DNA of 64,000 bases from Paraspadella gotoi (GCA_051294375.1 CM119266.1:7147431-7211430); one strand, 5' to 3'; shown: positions 1-13,350, numbered from the stretch's first letter. Translations and numbers: made by a program. Notes: generated by a model not told the origin, from the letters alone.

Positions 1-270
1 AAACTGGAAATCAAGTTTCGATAGAATCGTTTGAGTGGAAATGAGTTTAAATGGAAAAAACAAAGAACCTGTTTCACTAATTGATTATGCTTCTTTTTAT
101 TTTTATTTTAAATGTAAATGCAAGATGTATTAATTAATCAAATAATTATTCAGTTAACTAATCAAAACAAACATTTCGGATTTAATTAATAAGCCTAATT
201 AATTAAATAATTAATTAATTACCGATAATGATCGTGGGCAGATCCGACAGTGTTTGCTCAAACTTGTTTA
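1..270 (+). mobile_element. 3' part of a non-autonomous Helentron-like (HINE/DINE-1 type) element, family A, in a LEMD3 intron
   Basis: 1-140 closely matches 51630-51790. It ends in GCAGATCCGAC (238-248) plus the hairpin GTTTG-CT-CAAAC (252-263), the same terminus as 53876-53901. Confidence 0.6.
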
Positions 271-391
271 TCTCAATTTAAGCCGAAATTATTATTGACT
301 CGAAACCGATGCGTCTCGTCCTAGTTTTTTTTTTACTTTGGACGAACATAATTCCCAAATTCCTTCCCATCCCTTTTCTCTTCCCACCCAG

Positions 392-3300
392 ATCCGCCCC
401 CGTCCCCAACGGCGGCGGGAAATCCGTGGGCGGGTTCAGCTCCGATCCTGACGAAGACTACGACGTCGTCAAACCCGGCGCCAAATCCCGCCTCAATAAC
501 AACAACAACAACCGGCGCCAAAGCTCTCGCTTCGACTCGACGCCGACGAAAAAAACGAACGACGGCGCCGAGACGTCGAAATCCTCCAACGCCGGCGTCG
601 TACCCGGCGCCGCCAACATCAAGGGGCGCTACTCTCTCTCCGGCGCCGCGAGCAAAGCCGCCGACGTCCGGAAACTGAGCGAATTCGTTCGGCGCCGAGA
701 GGAAGGAGAGATTTCGGACTCTGAGTCTGAAACGGAAGCGAAGAAGGTCGACGACCGTAAGACGACGACGACGACGACGACGATTAAGACGACGACGACC
801 AAAGATCGAAAATGGGAGAAAAATGGAGAAGGAGATCGAAGGAGGGACGGAGGAGTAACGAAAGCCGAGCCGACGATGTGAGTCTGTGGGAAACGATGTG
901 AAGATATACGGCTATTAAAACTAATACCGCAGAATTTATACATATAACATTATATAATAATAAACGTATAGATTAAAAGTGTCTTTTCTTCCAACCCCCG
1001 TAGCTCCCACTATACTCGCCCCTTCGACGCCCCCTTCTCCTCCAATGTCTCCTCCACAATTTCGTCTGCTTCATCAACATCATCATCATCATCGGCACTT
1101 CCGAAACTCTCGTCTCTCATTTCCGGAAGACCCGGAATCTCTCGGTTGCCGCTGCAGCCGCAACAGACGACCGTCTCCCGCAACAATCCCGTCGCGCCAA
1201 CTTCCGCCTTGAACGCCGCCTCGCGCCTCGATCCGTCGCTCTCGTCGTCTTCGTCGCCCAAGTTGGTCTTCAATGACAGCGTCGTCTCTGATCCCCACAA
1301 CAGCCTTTCCTCGGAACTCAGGTCAGGACGAGTAGTTTTAGACGAATTATTTCGTTTATTAAATATATTTCATATTATATCATTAATGGTCTCTCCTCTC
1401 CCAGGCCACGTCTCCCGATGAGCAACATCGGCCCTCGATCTTCGACGCCTTACAGCGGCTACATCGAAGCGAAACTCGGTCCCACGAGTCGGCGATCCGC
1501 GGCCTCTGGGGAGAACGGAACCCTGGGCCCCGTTCCCGCGGCTCAACCATGGTCGACCGTCAGAGGCGCTGGGGCTCTTTCCAATTTCGAAGGCCCCGCT
1601 CTCTACCGTGCCGATGCTCAGGCGCCAACGACGGGGCCGATTTCAGGCACGCCGAGGAAATTCCAGACGACAGACGAGGAAATTTTATCCAAAGAGTTCA
1701 AGACGTAAGTCTTAAGTATTTATTATTGTTGACTATGACTTACGCTGACTTACGCTGACTTACGCTGACTTACACTGACTTACGCTAAAATTGACTTCAG
1801 GTCATCGGAGGGCTTCATGTCCACGTATTCCCACTACATATCTGTAGTGATTGTTGTTTTGGCCGGAGGCTTCTTCTTCGCTCTCACTCTCGCGTATCTC
1901 AACCTGTTTTCCTACGACCTGCCCAAGGAAAAGGTTAGATGTAGTAGTTGTAGTTGAGCGGCAACTCTTACTCAGATGAAGGTCAAAAAAGATAAGTTCA
2001 ATCTTTTTTGCAATCTTTTTTCCTAAAAATATTAAAGACTAAGTTTAAATCGGGATTAATAATTTAATGTATTAAATTGTATAAGTCATCGACGTCGTCT
2101 TTTTCCGCAGCTGAAAATCCCCGATGCGTCGGTTGAGACTCGGAGGCTCGTCACTTCCGCTTTGGAAGAGTTGCAGCGCATCGTCGTCCAGTATAACTGC
2201 GGGGAAAGGGAAACGCCCACTCTGTCGGCGGCGCGCCTCAAGGCGGCGATCAAAACGTGAGAGAGGGGGAGAGAGATTGAGGGAGAAAGAGAGAGACAGG
2301 CGGTGAAATAAAGATACCTGATAAGAGTAATAATTTTACAAAAAACTTTTGTTTTCAGCGACGACGCATCCATGATTGATGTTTTTTCGCGTCTTCGCTC
2401 CTGGAACGACGACGACCACGACGACGATGGCGTTCGTATATCCATCGATTTTCTGGACGTCCGTGGGCATATCACGGACGGATCCGTCCACGCCGTCAAA
2501 CTCCACTCGGATTTCGTCCCGTTCAAAGTCCGTCGTTAAGCTTACTTTTCTGGATCATGAGTTGAGATTACTCCCTTCGTATTTATGTTTAATTTTTCAG
2601 TGTCGCGTGGTTCTCTTTTGTCAAAAATTTGCGGCTGCGGCGACGACGGCGGCCGTCTCATTCGTTACCTTCTGGTTAATTTACAGGTGACTATGGAAAA
2701 CCAAATTAGAAAAAAAAGTATTATATAACCAAACATGAGTCATTTTGATTCACGTCATAAAAATTCGATTGCAGATTTTGGAAAAACCGGAAGTTGAACC
2801 GAGAGATGAAACGGAAGAAACTTTTCGCGATGGTGGACAGCATTTTAGAGTTTTTGGGAAACCAGAGTCAAGCGATATTCGCCGAGGTGAGTCGTTGTTG
2901 CGGCGCCATTTAAGGGGTTCCCCTTTCTAGTTTCGGTTCGTGATGTTTATACGTTCCTTCATCCCTCCCCTTCCATCCCAAGTCTGGCGACCGTTCGCCC
3001 ATCTTCGCAGTGATGCACGTCCGAGACGCCCTCATCGCGCCCGCCGACCGCGTTGGCCTCATGCCGACTTGGGAAGCGGCCTGCGCCTTCATCGCTAAGA
3101 ACGAATCTAGGATAAGAGAAGAGAGGCAGGCGATCAAGGGAGAGGACTTCATCGTCTGGCGGTAAGGATAAATGGGAGAGAGCGTCGGGGTTTTTTTTTT
3201 CAAGTGCAAAATTTGAAGATGGAACCTCTCTTCAGATGGATCGCGGATCCTCGTGTCCCGCAGGTGACGAAACTCAAGGAACCCGTCGTTGCCGCCGCCA

Positions 3301-4088
3301 CGACCACGAACGCCGCCGCCAGCGCCACCACCGCCGCTGCCTCCGCCTCCATCGCGGCGTCTCTTGTGTCGCAAGCGACGCCGGACGGCGAAGACGATGA
3401 CGCGACAAACGCGGCGGTGAGCGAAGCGCCAGTCGCGGCGGCGCCGTCAGCGGTGGCGGCGTCGGTAGCGTCACCAGCATCGGGCAACCAGTGGCAGGGT
3501 CAAGCCTTTCAGAATATCCGTCTCAACGCGCCGCCTTATTCACTAACGCAGTGTCTCAAGATCAGGTTGCCAATTACTTCTGCATATTTGGCATTATTTT
3601 TAAAAAATTTATTTATATATTTTAATTACTGATAATCGTCCTTCGGCCAGAAATATGTTCGACCCGGACGCGGAGAACGGCCCCGCCCTTCACGTTCGCC
3701 TCCAGGACGCCATCTTGGAAAAATGCGGCCCGGCGGCGCACGTTCAGCACGTGGCCGTTAACGTTGACAAAGTCAGCCGGTAAGTCAGTCTGTCGGTCAA
3801 GTCAGTCAGTCTTCGTCTTCCAATCATATCTCTTTAATATCCTCCTCTCGCTCCTTTCCTCATCTCCCCCGCAGGGAGGGATGCGTCTACGTCAAGTGTC
3901 GCGACGCCGAGTCCGCGGGCGTGGCCTACCGCAACCTTCACGGTTGGTGGTTCGACGGAAATCTCGTCTCGGTCAAGTATCTCCCGCTCAAGCGCTATCA
4001 CGAGCGCTTCCCCGAGACCGCCTACGCCTCCACGCTGCTTCAGCCCTCTTCCTTCAAGCTCGTCTCCGCGGGGTCGTCCAAGCGCTGA
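392..4088 (+). CDS. LEMD3: Inner nuclear membrane protein MAN1/LEMD3, 5'-partial (N-terminal LEM exon lies upstream of the window)
   Basis: Phase-consistent GT-AG exons: 392-877, 1004-1321, 1405-1704, 1801-1933, 2111-2256, 2359-2527, 2601-2686, 2775-2886, 2983-3161, 3236-3565, 3651-3779, 3875-4088 (TGA). TM1 [22 protein letters not shown]; PFKCR followed by TM2; MSC/winged-helix [12 protein letters not shown]...[32 protein letters not shown]; C-terminal UHM/RRM WQGQAF...TQCLKIRNMFD...EGCVYVKC...[16 protein letters not shown]...YHERFP. Confidence 0.95.
1733..1786. repeat. Intronic 10-bp tandem repeat (TGACTTACGC)n
   Basis: About 5 direct copies just upstream of the acceptor at 1800. Confidence 0.85.
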
Positions 4089-4101
4089 GGAAGGGAAAAA
4101 C

Positions 4102-4104
<3 letters not shown>

Positions 4105-4158
<54 letters not shown>

Positions 4159-4700
4159 AATGCGTCTTTCGTGATGAAAATACAATCGTGATTTTTGTTG
4201 CAGACGCTTTTTTTCACGATTTGTTGATTGATCGATTTTAAAATAGAAATAATGACAAGCAATATTTTTCGATCAGTTTATCAAAAAAAAAAAAATAAAA
4301 AATCTGTGTGTATCTATTTTATCGCCGAAATTGTACATTTTTTGAATGTCCTCAATTTGCTGAATGAATCCCGTGTCATTATTTCTAAGTACTTTCTCAT
4401 TCTCTCTCTCTCTCTCTCTCTCATTCATTCTTTCTCTCTCTTTCATTCTCTCTCTCTCTCCCATTCTTTCTCTCTCTCCCATTCTTTCTCTCTCTCCATT
4501 CTTTCTTCTCTCTCCCATTCTTTCTTTCTCTCTCTCCCATTCTTTCTTTCTCTCTCTCCCATTCTTTCTTTCTCTCTCTCCCATTCTTTCTTTCTCTCTC
4601 TCTCATTCTTTCTCTCTCTCTCATTCTTTCTCTCTCTCTCATTCTTTCTCTCTCTCTCTCTCTCTCATTCTCTCTCTCTCTCTCTCTCTCATTCTCATTC
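4105..4700. repeat. (CT)n microsatellite and compound CT/CATT minisatellite in the LEMD3 3' region
   Basis: Pure (CT)n at 4105-4157 and repeated CCCATTCTTTCTTTCTCTCTCT-like units at 4400-4700. Confidence 0.9.
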
Positions 4701-4848
4701 TTTTTTGGCCATTGTCGATTGTAGATGTCGCGCATTGTCTTCGACGCCTCACGAAAAAAATCTCTTCGTCGTCGTCATCGTCGTTTTAGATTTTAAGTCG
4801 TTACTGTAATACTTTTTTTTCTCTCTCTCTTGAAATTACGCCGCCATA

Positions 4849-4854
4849 AATAAA
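4849..4854 (+). promoter_or_regulatory. Candidate polyadenylation signal of LEMD3
   Basis: AATAAA followed by T-rich sequence, about 300 bp before the PTPN9 ATG. Confidence 0.4.
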
Positions 4855-5151
4855 AAATTATTTACCTTTATATAAAGTGATTAATTTTTTTGTTTTACCA
4901 TATTTTTAGACGATTATTTTTTTTTTGTTATTGACGACTGACGTCTCATTGGACTCTTGACTGGCAGCACCGTTCCCCCCCCCTTCCGATCCCCTTCGAT
5001 TCTGGCCCCGCGGTCGTCGTGACGCTTGGCCGTGACCCATCGCCGATTCCTTTGCCTTTCCCACCCGTGATGCAAATGAAGTCAGGATGATAAACTCGAG
5101 TCTGGCTTGGACGACGACGACGATCTTCGGCTTCGTTGACGACGACGAATC

Positions 5152-8100
5152 ATGGCGGAATCCCCGACCGAATTCGGTCTGACGCTACCGGAGAGGCAGG
5201 TGAGGTTTGCGCGGGTGAGGCATTTGCTGCGGCGTTAGCTCCCCGCTACTAATATCATTGTACGTAGTTGCGAAACTTTTGTGGATCTATGTATTAAAGA
5301 CTTAAATTGGTTATGCATTCAATCTTAACTGATATACCCAGTAATTAAGCTTGTGTAAGAATGTGTTGATCAATTGACCTACTCCGACGTTGCCACTCTA
5401 TCATTTAGATTCATATACAATTACAAAATTAAAATTATACATTATGGCTATGGTAACAATTCTTTTATTTATCACTTTATATAAATTCATCTCAGGCGGC
5501 GAGTAAGTTTCTCGAGCGGGTGAACCGCCTCCGGTACAACGAGAACAAATCGCCGCTCACCGCCGCCGACGCCATCAAATTCCTCACCGCCCGAAAGTTC
5601 GACATTGAGAAGTCGTTGGAGCTTTTTGAAAACTACTGCAAGACGAGGTGATAATTTGGATTGAGTTTTGAAGCCAATAAAGGAATTTAGAGTTCAGTTT
5701 AAATGAAACATGCTTTTCATAGAAACCTTTCTCACCCTGTTAGCGGTTCTCAAGTTGAGCAGAGATATTTAATATCTAATCTAATTTATTTAAAATTAAA
5801 TTAACATTAATTTCATCTCCCATCCAGGATTCAAGAGGATCTCCTCTACGTCGATCCCTACGACCCCGTCGTTCAAAACGAGTTGAACTCTGGCAAGTTT
5901 TCCATCCTCGCTCGACGCGACGCTTGGACCGGCGCCTCCATCGCCCTTTTCTCCGCCAGCCTCCATTGCCCCCTCACCGCCTCCCACCAGAGCGTGCTCA
6001 AGGTTTGTCCAATCACAGTCGTCAGGATGCGCCACGCCCCCTTTAATCAATCTTCCGTCTCTCAACGCCCTCCCCTCTTTGCTCTTTCCTCAGGGCCTCG
6101 TCTTCCAACTGGACATCGCCCTTGAGAGCGCCGCCACTCAGCGCAATGGCATCATCTTCATCTATGACATGACAGATTCCAAATATTCCAACTTCGATTA
6201 CGACCTCTCAGTCAAAATACTTCACCTTCTCAAAGTAAAGACTTATTTTTATTAGCCTGGCTACTGGATAGGTCCTTTTTCTCATTTTACATTTCCCTTG
6301 TCCCTTTCCCCTTTTCTTAGGGCTGCTATCCTGCGAAACTGAAGAAGGTTTTGATTGTGGCCGCGCCCATCTGGTTCAAGGCCCCTTTCAAAGTCCTCCA
6401 ACTCTTCGTGAGGGAGAAGCTACGAGACCGCATTTACACAGGTTCGATTGCCAGTGGCTAATGTCATTGAAGGGTTCAGTTAAAAGTCTGGAGATTTGGG
6501 GCTTTTGGAGTTCATTCAGATGGTGAAGTGACCGAGAGAAGAGGTGGTCGCAATGCCCCTCTGACGGTTTGTATAGACCCCACACTTTCTTTGCTCCGTC
6601 CGGGATATTTTTCTCTCGGTTGCCTTGATTTTCGGATCCGGCGGTAGTCTTGCTACCGGTATTTAACCGGCTTATTGCAACCACCGTACCGACCACTGCA
6701 ATAGACTATTTCACATACATTTTGTAACGTGCGAATATGAACACCAAAATAATTTACCCTTTCATTTTTCTCCCTCTCCTTTTCGTCGACGAACACAAGT
6801 GAGCATTCCGGAAATTTCATATCACGTGGCGCCAGAGTCGCTGCCTTCTCGGTTCGGGGGAGATTTGGAAGGTAAGGATACGAATTTCGATGATAAAAAA
6901 CAGAAGGGGCGGGGTAGTTAGTAAATTATTTGACATTTAATCCCCACTTTACCGACATTTCGCTCGCGATAAATCGTAAAAAAAATCGCGGGAAATTGCG
7001 AAAGTCATTTTCCTGGGTTTGTAGTTTACTTCGCCATAACCTTTCCCGCTCGCAAGGTTGTTTAACTCTTTAAGTATGTCAATCGGCGTCTGCCAAACTG
7101 TATTCATCTCCGCAGATAACAGCGTTCGATTTATCTCCAATGATTTACGAGCGAAAATCCCGGATTTCGATCCTTTTCGACATTAAATCGCTTCTCCGTT
7201 CCGCCGTCCGCTCCTTAGTTATTTTCTTCCCCCCTCCACACCCCCTAGCCTACTCCACACACCCCCCAACCCCCCTCCACACCCCTTAGCCCTTCTTTCC
7301 CGCAACCGGATTTCGAGGCTACATTTTAAAATTACGAAAAAGAAGGAAAAAAATTTAATCGCTCGTGGTGGTCTGGAGAAAACTTATATTATTTTGGTTT
7401 CTATCTCTAACGTAATCGGTAATGATATTCGTTCGTGACGCGATCCGACGATGATGTTCAGGAGTCGTTCATTCACTCCACTCCCCTCCCCCTTATTTTT
7501 TTTAACTGGGGGGGTGAAGGAGGAACCATTTTTCTCTTTCAAAAATACTTTCTCCAAATGTTTTGCTTCGAGTTCGTTTCTTTGTTTCAAAGCGAAAAGA
7601 AAGTTTTTGTTTTGGATTCTGGTATAAAGTTTAAAACGCGAACGCGCGATCACGAAAATCGATCCCACGCCGTTCGGGTTTTAAAGCGAACATCTTGAAA
7701 AAGAAAACTACCAAGCGTGTCCCGAAATAATTTGAAAAAAAAAATTACTTTTTGTGAATTTTAATTGTGACGAAACGGGAAACAGTCGGCCTTTAATTAG
7801 TAAATATCGTTCCATCGATCTCTCTATTTTCTTTGTTTTTACTGAAAGGTTGGAATAAGTAAGTCTATAAGAGAGTATATAATAATATATAATATATATA
7901 TAATAATAGATAAATTCCGAAATTAAAATGGACACATTTATATTTAATACTGCAATATGTAAATGAGATTGAGAAATTCAATCTCATTTAAGATCATATT
8001 AAATAATCATCTCTTACAAATCTCTCATTATAAGACCGATCTTTCTCTACTCCCCCCCCCCTAGTGAATCACGAGCTGTGGATTCAACACTGTCTCCAAC

Positions 8101-9415
8101 GCGCCAAATCTTTCCGCATTCCGTCGGCCGCCTCCGCCTCTCACCTCTCTTCGCCCCTTCGCCGCATCGGCAACGGTCTCCCCGGCGCCGACGACGTCGA
8201 GCCCGCCGTCGACGCCGCCGCCAACCTCGCCCCTTATTTCGGCGCCGCCTGCCGGGTCGGCGGCGACGACAACCGATTTTGCGACGCCAACAATCATTCC
8301 ATCGACAATCGATCCTCGGGTCAGAATTGGCAGAGAGAGAGGGGGAAAGGCAGAGGGTGAGAGTTGGCTTCTTTATTTCTTGGCTTTTAGGTCGTTTCGA
8401 TTTTAACGATAATAGGGGTAAGTCGGATAATCGCGCTTTAGAAAAATCTCTAAGTTGGTCGACTTCTACAAAAATTAACAATACTCATTTGTCCACGGAT
8501 ATCAAGAACAATTTTTATTTGCAAATTTTTTTAACTCTCTAACAAGTATATACTGTATAGTATACATGCGAAATATTTTGAATTTTTTGTTTTCCTTAGC
8601 TATCATAGCAAATGTCAAACGTCAGCTCTGCCATGGTACTGCCCTTTCTTGGATTGATTTTAAACTTTTTATCGTAGATAGTATTTTTAGCTGTATTACA
8701 AATTTACAGTATTAGCTGTAATAGAACAATTTTACTTATTTAAAAAACGATTACCCATCGATTTTCAATAAAACCAATACGTTTTAAATTTAATGAAACG
8801 GTAACCTTTTTACCTTCGTGTAATTTATATTTATTTCTAGAGTAATTAATATTTTATAAATTTATGAACATTTTTCCTGACATTTTTGAGGAATCATTAA
8901 TTGTAGTCCTACATATTTTTTCGTGATTATTTTTTTAGTGATCAGACTACTTTTGTTTTTGAAATCTAATTTTATTTCTTTTCATTATTGACAAGTCTAG
9001 CAAAAAATATGTTTTTGTATTAAAAATGTTGATTATATTCACAAAACAACTTAGGATTCATTATTGTTCAAAATACATTTTTGGGTCATTCTCATCTCGT
9101 CCCTTTCACACCCCGTCGATTCTCCCTTCAGGAGTAAACGGGATTTACCCTTTAGACAATAAATCTTCCAACGGCAACGATTCCTTTTTCTCTCACGGCA
9201 ACCCGCCTGGTCAGTAGTCCACGCTACTTTACTCATTTAACTTATTTATTTATTTATTTATTTATTATGTATTAATATTTTTTTAGGCTATCTGAGTGGA
9301 CGAGTCGTCGGGAGCGATATCGAAAAGTTCGTCATGGAAGAACAGGAGAAGGAAAATGGGATCTTGAACGGAAGCAGTACGAGTGAGTCTCTCTCTCTCT
9401 CGTCATTCTCTCTCT

Positions 9416-9451
<36 letters not shown>

Positions 9452-11848
9452 CTCTCAAAACACCATTCCCTTTGATCCTTTCAAGTGTCTCGCAAACGGT
9501 CAATGTCTTCGTCGCCTCCCTCGGCCACACCGGACGACGTCGAGCGGACTCTAGCGGTCGACGGATCTCAAGATGTCGCCCCTCGTTTGCCGGACAAGAA
9601 GCTCAAGTCTGCAATGGTGTGTTTTCGTGGTCGATCGATCTTTCGGTTTTGTTTGTATATATATTATATATATTTATATGAATAAAGCTCTCCATTTTCA
9701 TCGGTCTTTAGGGCAGCAACTTGGACTCGGGTTTGACGGGTGTCGCCTCCAAGCGGATCGTCAACGGAGACACCGCCTCGAAGGTCTTGCAAATTATTAT
9801 AGTTTTATAATTAATACGGCAATTTATATCATCTAATTTTTAAACACTAATTCCAATTAAAAAACCCAAACAGCCCGCTCTTCATCCCGCGCTCCACCGT
9901 GGTGTCGGCACCTGCTCTCTACTGGAGTCGTCTTCGCTTGAGCCGTCGATCCATGACGTGGAGACCGAGGGCATGAGCCTGGAGGAGCTCGTCAACCATG
10001 TCCGCTTGAAGGGGAAGCGAGGCCTCATGCGCCTCTACGGGATTCTTAGGAGCGAGGATAAAGAAGGCAGCTTCGTCGCCTCGAGATACAAGCAGAACAT
10101 GCATAAAAATAGGTGAGGCAGTTTGAAGGGCCCGGTAAAGTTATTAACATGCGGGGAGAAGGTTAGTTTGGAGGGGCATCATTTAAAAGACCATTGTACG
10201 TATGCCAATTGTCTGATTAATCTTCATTTAATTTCTTTATTCCCCAAATCTTCCCCCCCTCCTAAATTTGCCCCAGATACATGGACGTGCTGGCGCTGGA
10301 CCACACCCGCGTGCATCTCGCGGTGCAGAACGGAGACCCTTACTCGGAATACATCAACGCCAACTTCGTCGACGGGTATCGCCACAAAAAGGCCTTCATC
10401 AGCACTCAAGGTCTGGAGTAGATTACGAAAAATATTCCTTTGCTTTTAATCTTCTTTTGATAATTCATTAATTTAATAACCTCCATCTCCACCCCTCCGC
10501 CACACAGGCCCGCTGCAAAAGACCTTCGGCGATTTCTGGCGAATGGTTTGGGAGAATCGGACGGTGGTGGTCGTCATGACGACGAGATGCGTGGAGAGAA
10601 GCCGCATCAAGTGTGGTCGCTACTGGCCGGATCAGGGCAAGACTGCCGAGACCTACGACAACATCACCGTCGCTGTCAAGGTGAATAGAACAGTAGAAAC
10701 TTTCAATTTCCTCAGTATAAAGTGGATACTTATTATGTAGTCTGTTGGAAAAGGGCCGAGGAGAGACGTTGGGTAGACTTTAAAGAATGAGAATAATGAA
10801 TGATAAATCTACTAGTTTCGATCCTTCAAATAAGGCAATAAGTGCAATTATAGGAGGGCAATTTTGAAATCCAAAATAAAAATGAACCAACAACACTACA
10901 CAAAAAGCTAATGTATAAGAGTAGTAGAAAGAAATGAGAACGATGGTTAGGACCAAACAGGAACAGAAAACAAATAGTGTGATAGTAGAAAGATTAAAAA
11001 TATCTTTCCCCCCTTTTCTATCCCCCGCCTTTCCCCGTCAAAGGACGTGAAAACCTTCAACGACTTCGTGGTGACCGAGTTGCTCCTGACCAACTCTTGC
11101 CCCGACGGACGCGACCCATCCTCCTCCTCTTCTTCCTGCTCCTCCTCTTCCTCCTCCCGCCGCGTGTTCCATCTCCAATTCCTCTCTTGGCCCGACTACG
11201 GCGTTCCCCTCTCCGCCGGCGCCATGCTCGACTTCGCCGAGGCCGTCCGGCGTCATCAGACCCGCGGCCACGAGGCCCTGGAGGCCGATTCGTCCGCGGC
11301 CGGAGACGGCCCCGCCTGGCGCGGACACCCCGACGGCCCGCCCATCGTGATCCACTGTTCGGCGGGCATCGGCCGGACGGGCACCTTCATCGCCACGGAC
11401 ATCGCGACGAGGCGTTTGAGCGACGTCGGCAACGTCGACGTCGATAGGATCGTCAGGAAGATTCGAACGCAGAGGGCCTTTTCGATACAGGTTTTTTGTG
11501 CGGGGCAGGAATGACATATGTGACAAGTCAACGTCATGCTTTTTCCATTCAACTCAACCACAGTTTTCTACCATTGACTTTCCTGTTAACTTAACTTAAC
11601 TTAATCAATATTTACCCTTTAAGACAATAGAATATTATCTTACAATACCTAATCAAAATAGGATCATTTGCAAAAAGTAATTGATCCACCTGCCCCCAAC
11701 GTTTCCTCAGATGCCCGACCAGTACGTCTTCATCCACCAGGCGGTGCTGGAGTTCGCCCAGAGAGAAGGCCTCCTCTCCCCCGAAGCCATTCGTCTCGAC
11801 GGTTTCGAGGACGACGACAGCGACGACAGTCAGGACGACAGCGCCTGA
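5152..11848 (+). CDS. PTPN9: Tyrosine-protein phosphatase non-receptor type 9 (PTP-MEG2; CRAL-TRIO/Sec14 + PTP domain)
   Basis: 16 phase-consistent exons: 5152-5199, 5496-5647, 5828-6003, 6094-6234, 6321-6441, 6800-6871, 8065-8319, 9132-9209, 9287-9382, 9486-9616, 9712-9783, 9874-10112, 10277-10410, 10508-10680, 11044-11490, 11711-11848 (TGA). Sec14 motifs AIKFLTARKFD, TQRNGIIFIYDM, GCYPAKLKKVLIVAAPIWFK. PTP motifs KNRYMDV, YINANFVDGY, TQGPL, DFWRMVWE, WPDYGVP, HCSAGIGRTG, IQMPDQY. Linker exons are less certain. Confidence 0.96.
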
Positions 11849-12388
11849 CCGAGTCCTCAACATTTGCCACGGCCAGACATGGTGACCTGGCATGGTGACC
11901 TGGCATTAACTCACGACCTAACTGATTCAAATCGAGCATGAAGACGACGACTTTCGACGACTATTTTGACGATGACAGCGACCACGGTGGATCCGCACGG
12001 CGTTTCGATCATCATTCCTTTTTTTCCGTTTTCCCCCCTTCTTTTCTCTATTCCCTACCCCCCCACTTCCCCTTTCTCTTCTGTCCTTTTTCTCCTTTTC
12101 TTCTTTCTTTTTTCTCTTCCTTTTTCTCTTCCTTTTTCTTCTCTGCCGTAAGACTTTTCCCCGTTTACGTCAGATAGATTTGACCTTGAGGTGATGAATA
12201 CGAAGAGAACATCGGATTTCGATTTTCCGTATTTTTTTTTTACTAAATGAAGCTAAAAGTAGTCAAAAGTAATGCCAATCTCTGTAAAAAAATACTTTAC
12301 AGAATTATTTCCGTATTTCTCTTCTTGGTTTTTGCCTCAGACTTTATGTTATGACATTCGAGAGGAGGTAAAAGACATGCGATGTGAC

Positions 12389-12422
<34 letters not shown>

Positions 12423-13092
12423 TTTATAGCTGATGGCACTTTTATTCGCCGAGGTATACGTTGAAAGACCTCTCTCACTTTTCCCTCCCTCTGTTAGTTA
12501 TTTCTCTTATCCCTATCACCTCTGTTTTCGTTTTTCCTTATCTTCCTCTTCTACTTCTCCTTCTCCCCCTCTCTACTTCTCCTTCTCCACCTCTCTACTC
12601 CTCTTTCTCCGCACGATGCACAACCTTGGAATCTTTCCCATCTTCTAATCCCCTTCCCTCAACACAACACCATTCCCGAACTCTTCCATCACTTAGTCGT
12701 ACTTTCAACTTCTTTGTAAATGATACATTTTTTCAATAATTTTTCGCAGCCAAAAAAAATTAATGATCTAATCTCTCGGTTTCGAGGGGATAACAAATTA
12801 TAAATCCGGAAAAAGAGATGTACTACTATTTCGGAACCTTTGCCTTAGTTCAAATCGAAAGATTGTGGACGCAACAAGTTTTAGAGTTGCGTCCACAAGA
12901 TAATTGAAAAAAAAAAACTTTTTTAAAGATTGTTTCCTATTTAAAATTGTATTAACTTTTTCTCGTTTCTGAATTAAAAACCTTTTTTTATATATTCATT
13001 TCGTTTCGGCGCTTATGTCAGTGTTTTTTTTTTAATCTTAAATGTTATTGTAATAGTGTAAAAGATTTCGATGAACTCGAGCCAAGCTTAGA

Positions 13093-13098
13093 AATAAA
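13093..13098 (+). promoter_or_regulatory. Candidate polyadenylation signal of PTPN9
   Basis: AATAAA followed by a GT-rich tract (TTTTATTGTTGTTTT) about 1.2 kb after the stop. Confidence 0.4.
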
Positions 13099-13350
13099 CC
13101 GCGGCGATAGTATATATATGTTTTATTGTTGTTTTAACAAAATGTTTAAGTTGGTTATTGGAACGATATCTTTAAATCCGATTTTAATGCCTACTTTGCA
13201 TTGGAAGTGGAGTCTCATTCAGGCCGACGATAGATTTTAAAATTACTAGTTACGCCAATTTAAAAAAGTATACATATAATGTGTAATATTGAAAAAAAAA
13301 ACTTTTTCACTTTCAGATTACATTACAATCTTTCAAAAAAAAGTGAAATT

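Noticed and set aside
3764-4809. LSLSLS/ERERER ORFs here and elsewhere (24.6, 30.8, 45.6, 56.1, 60.6 kb)
   Set aside because: Simple (CT)n/(GA)n/(CTTT)n repeat translations.
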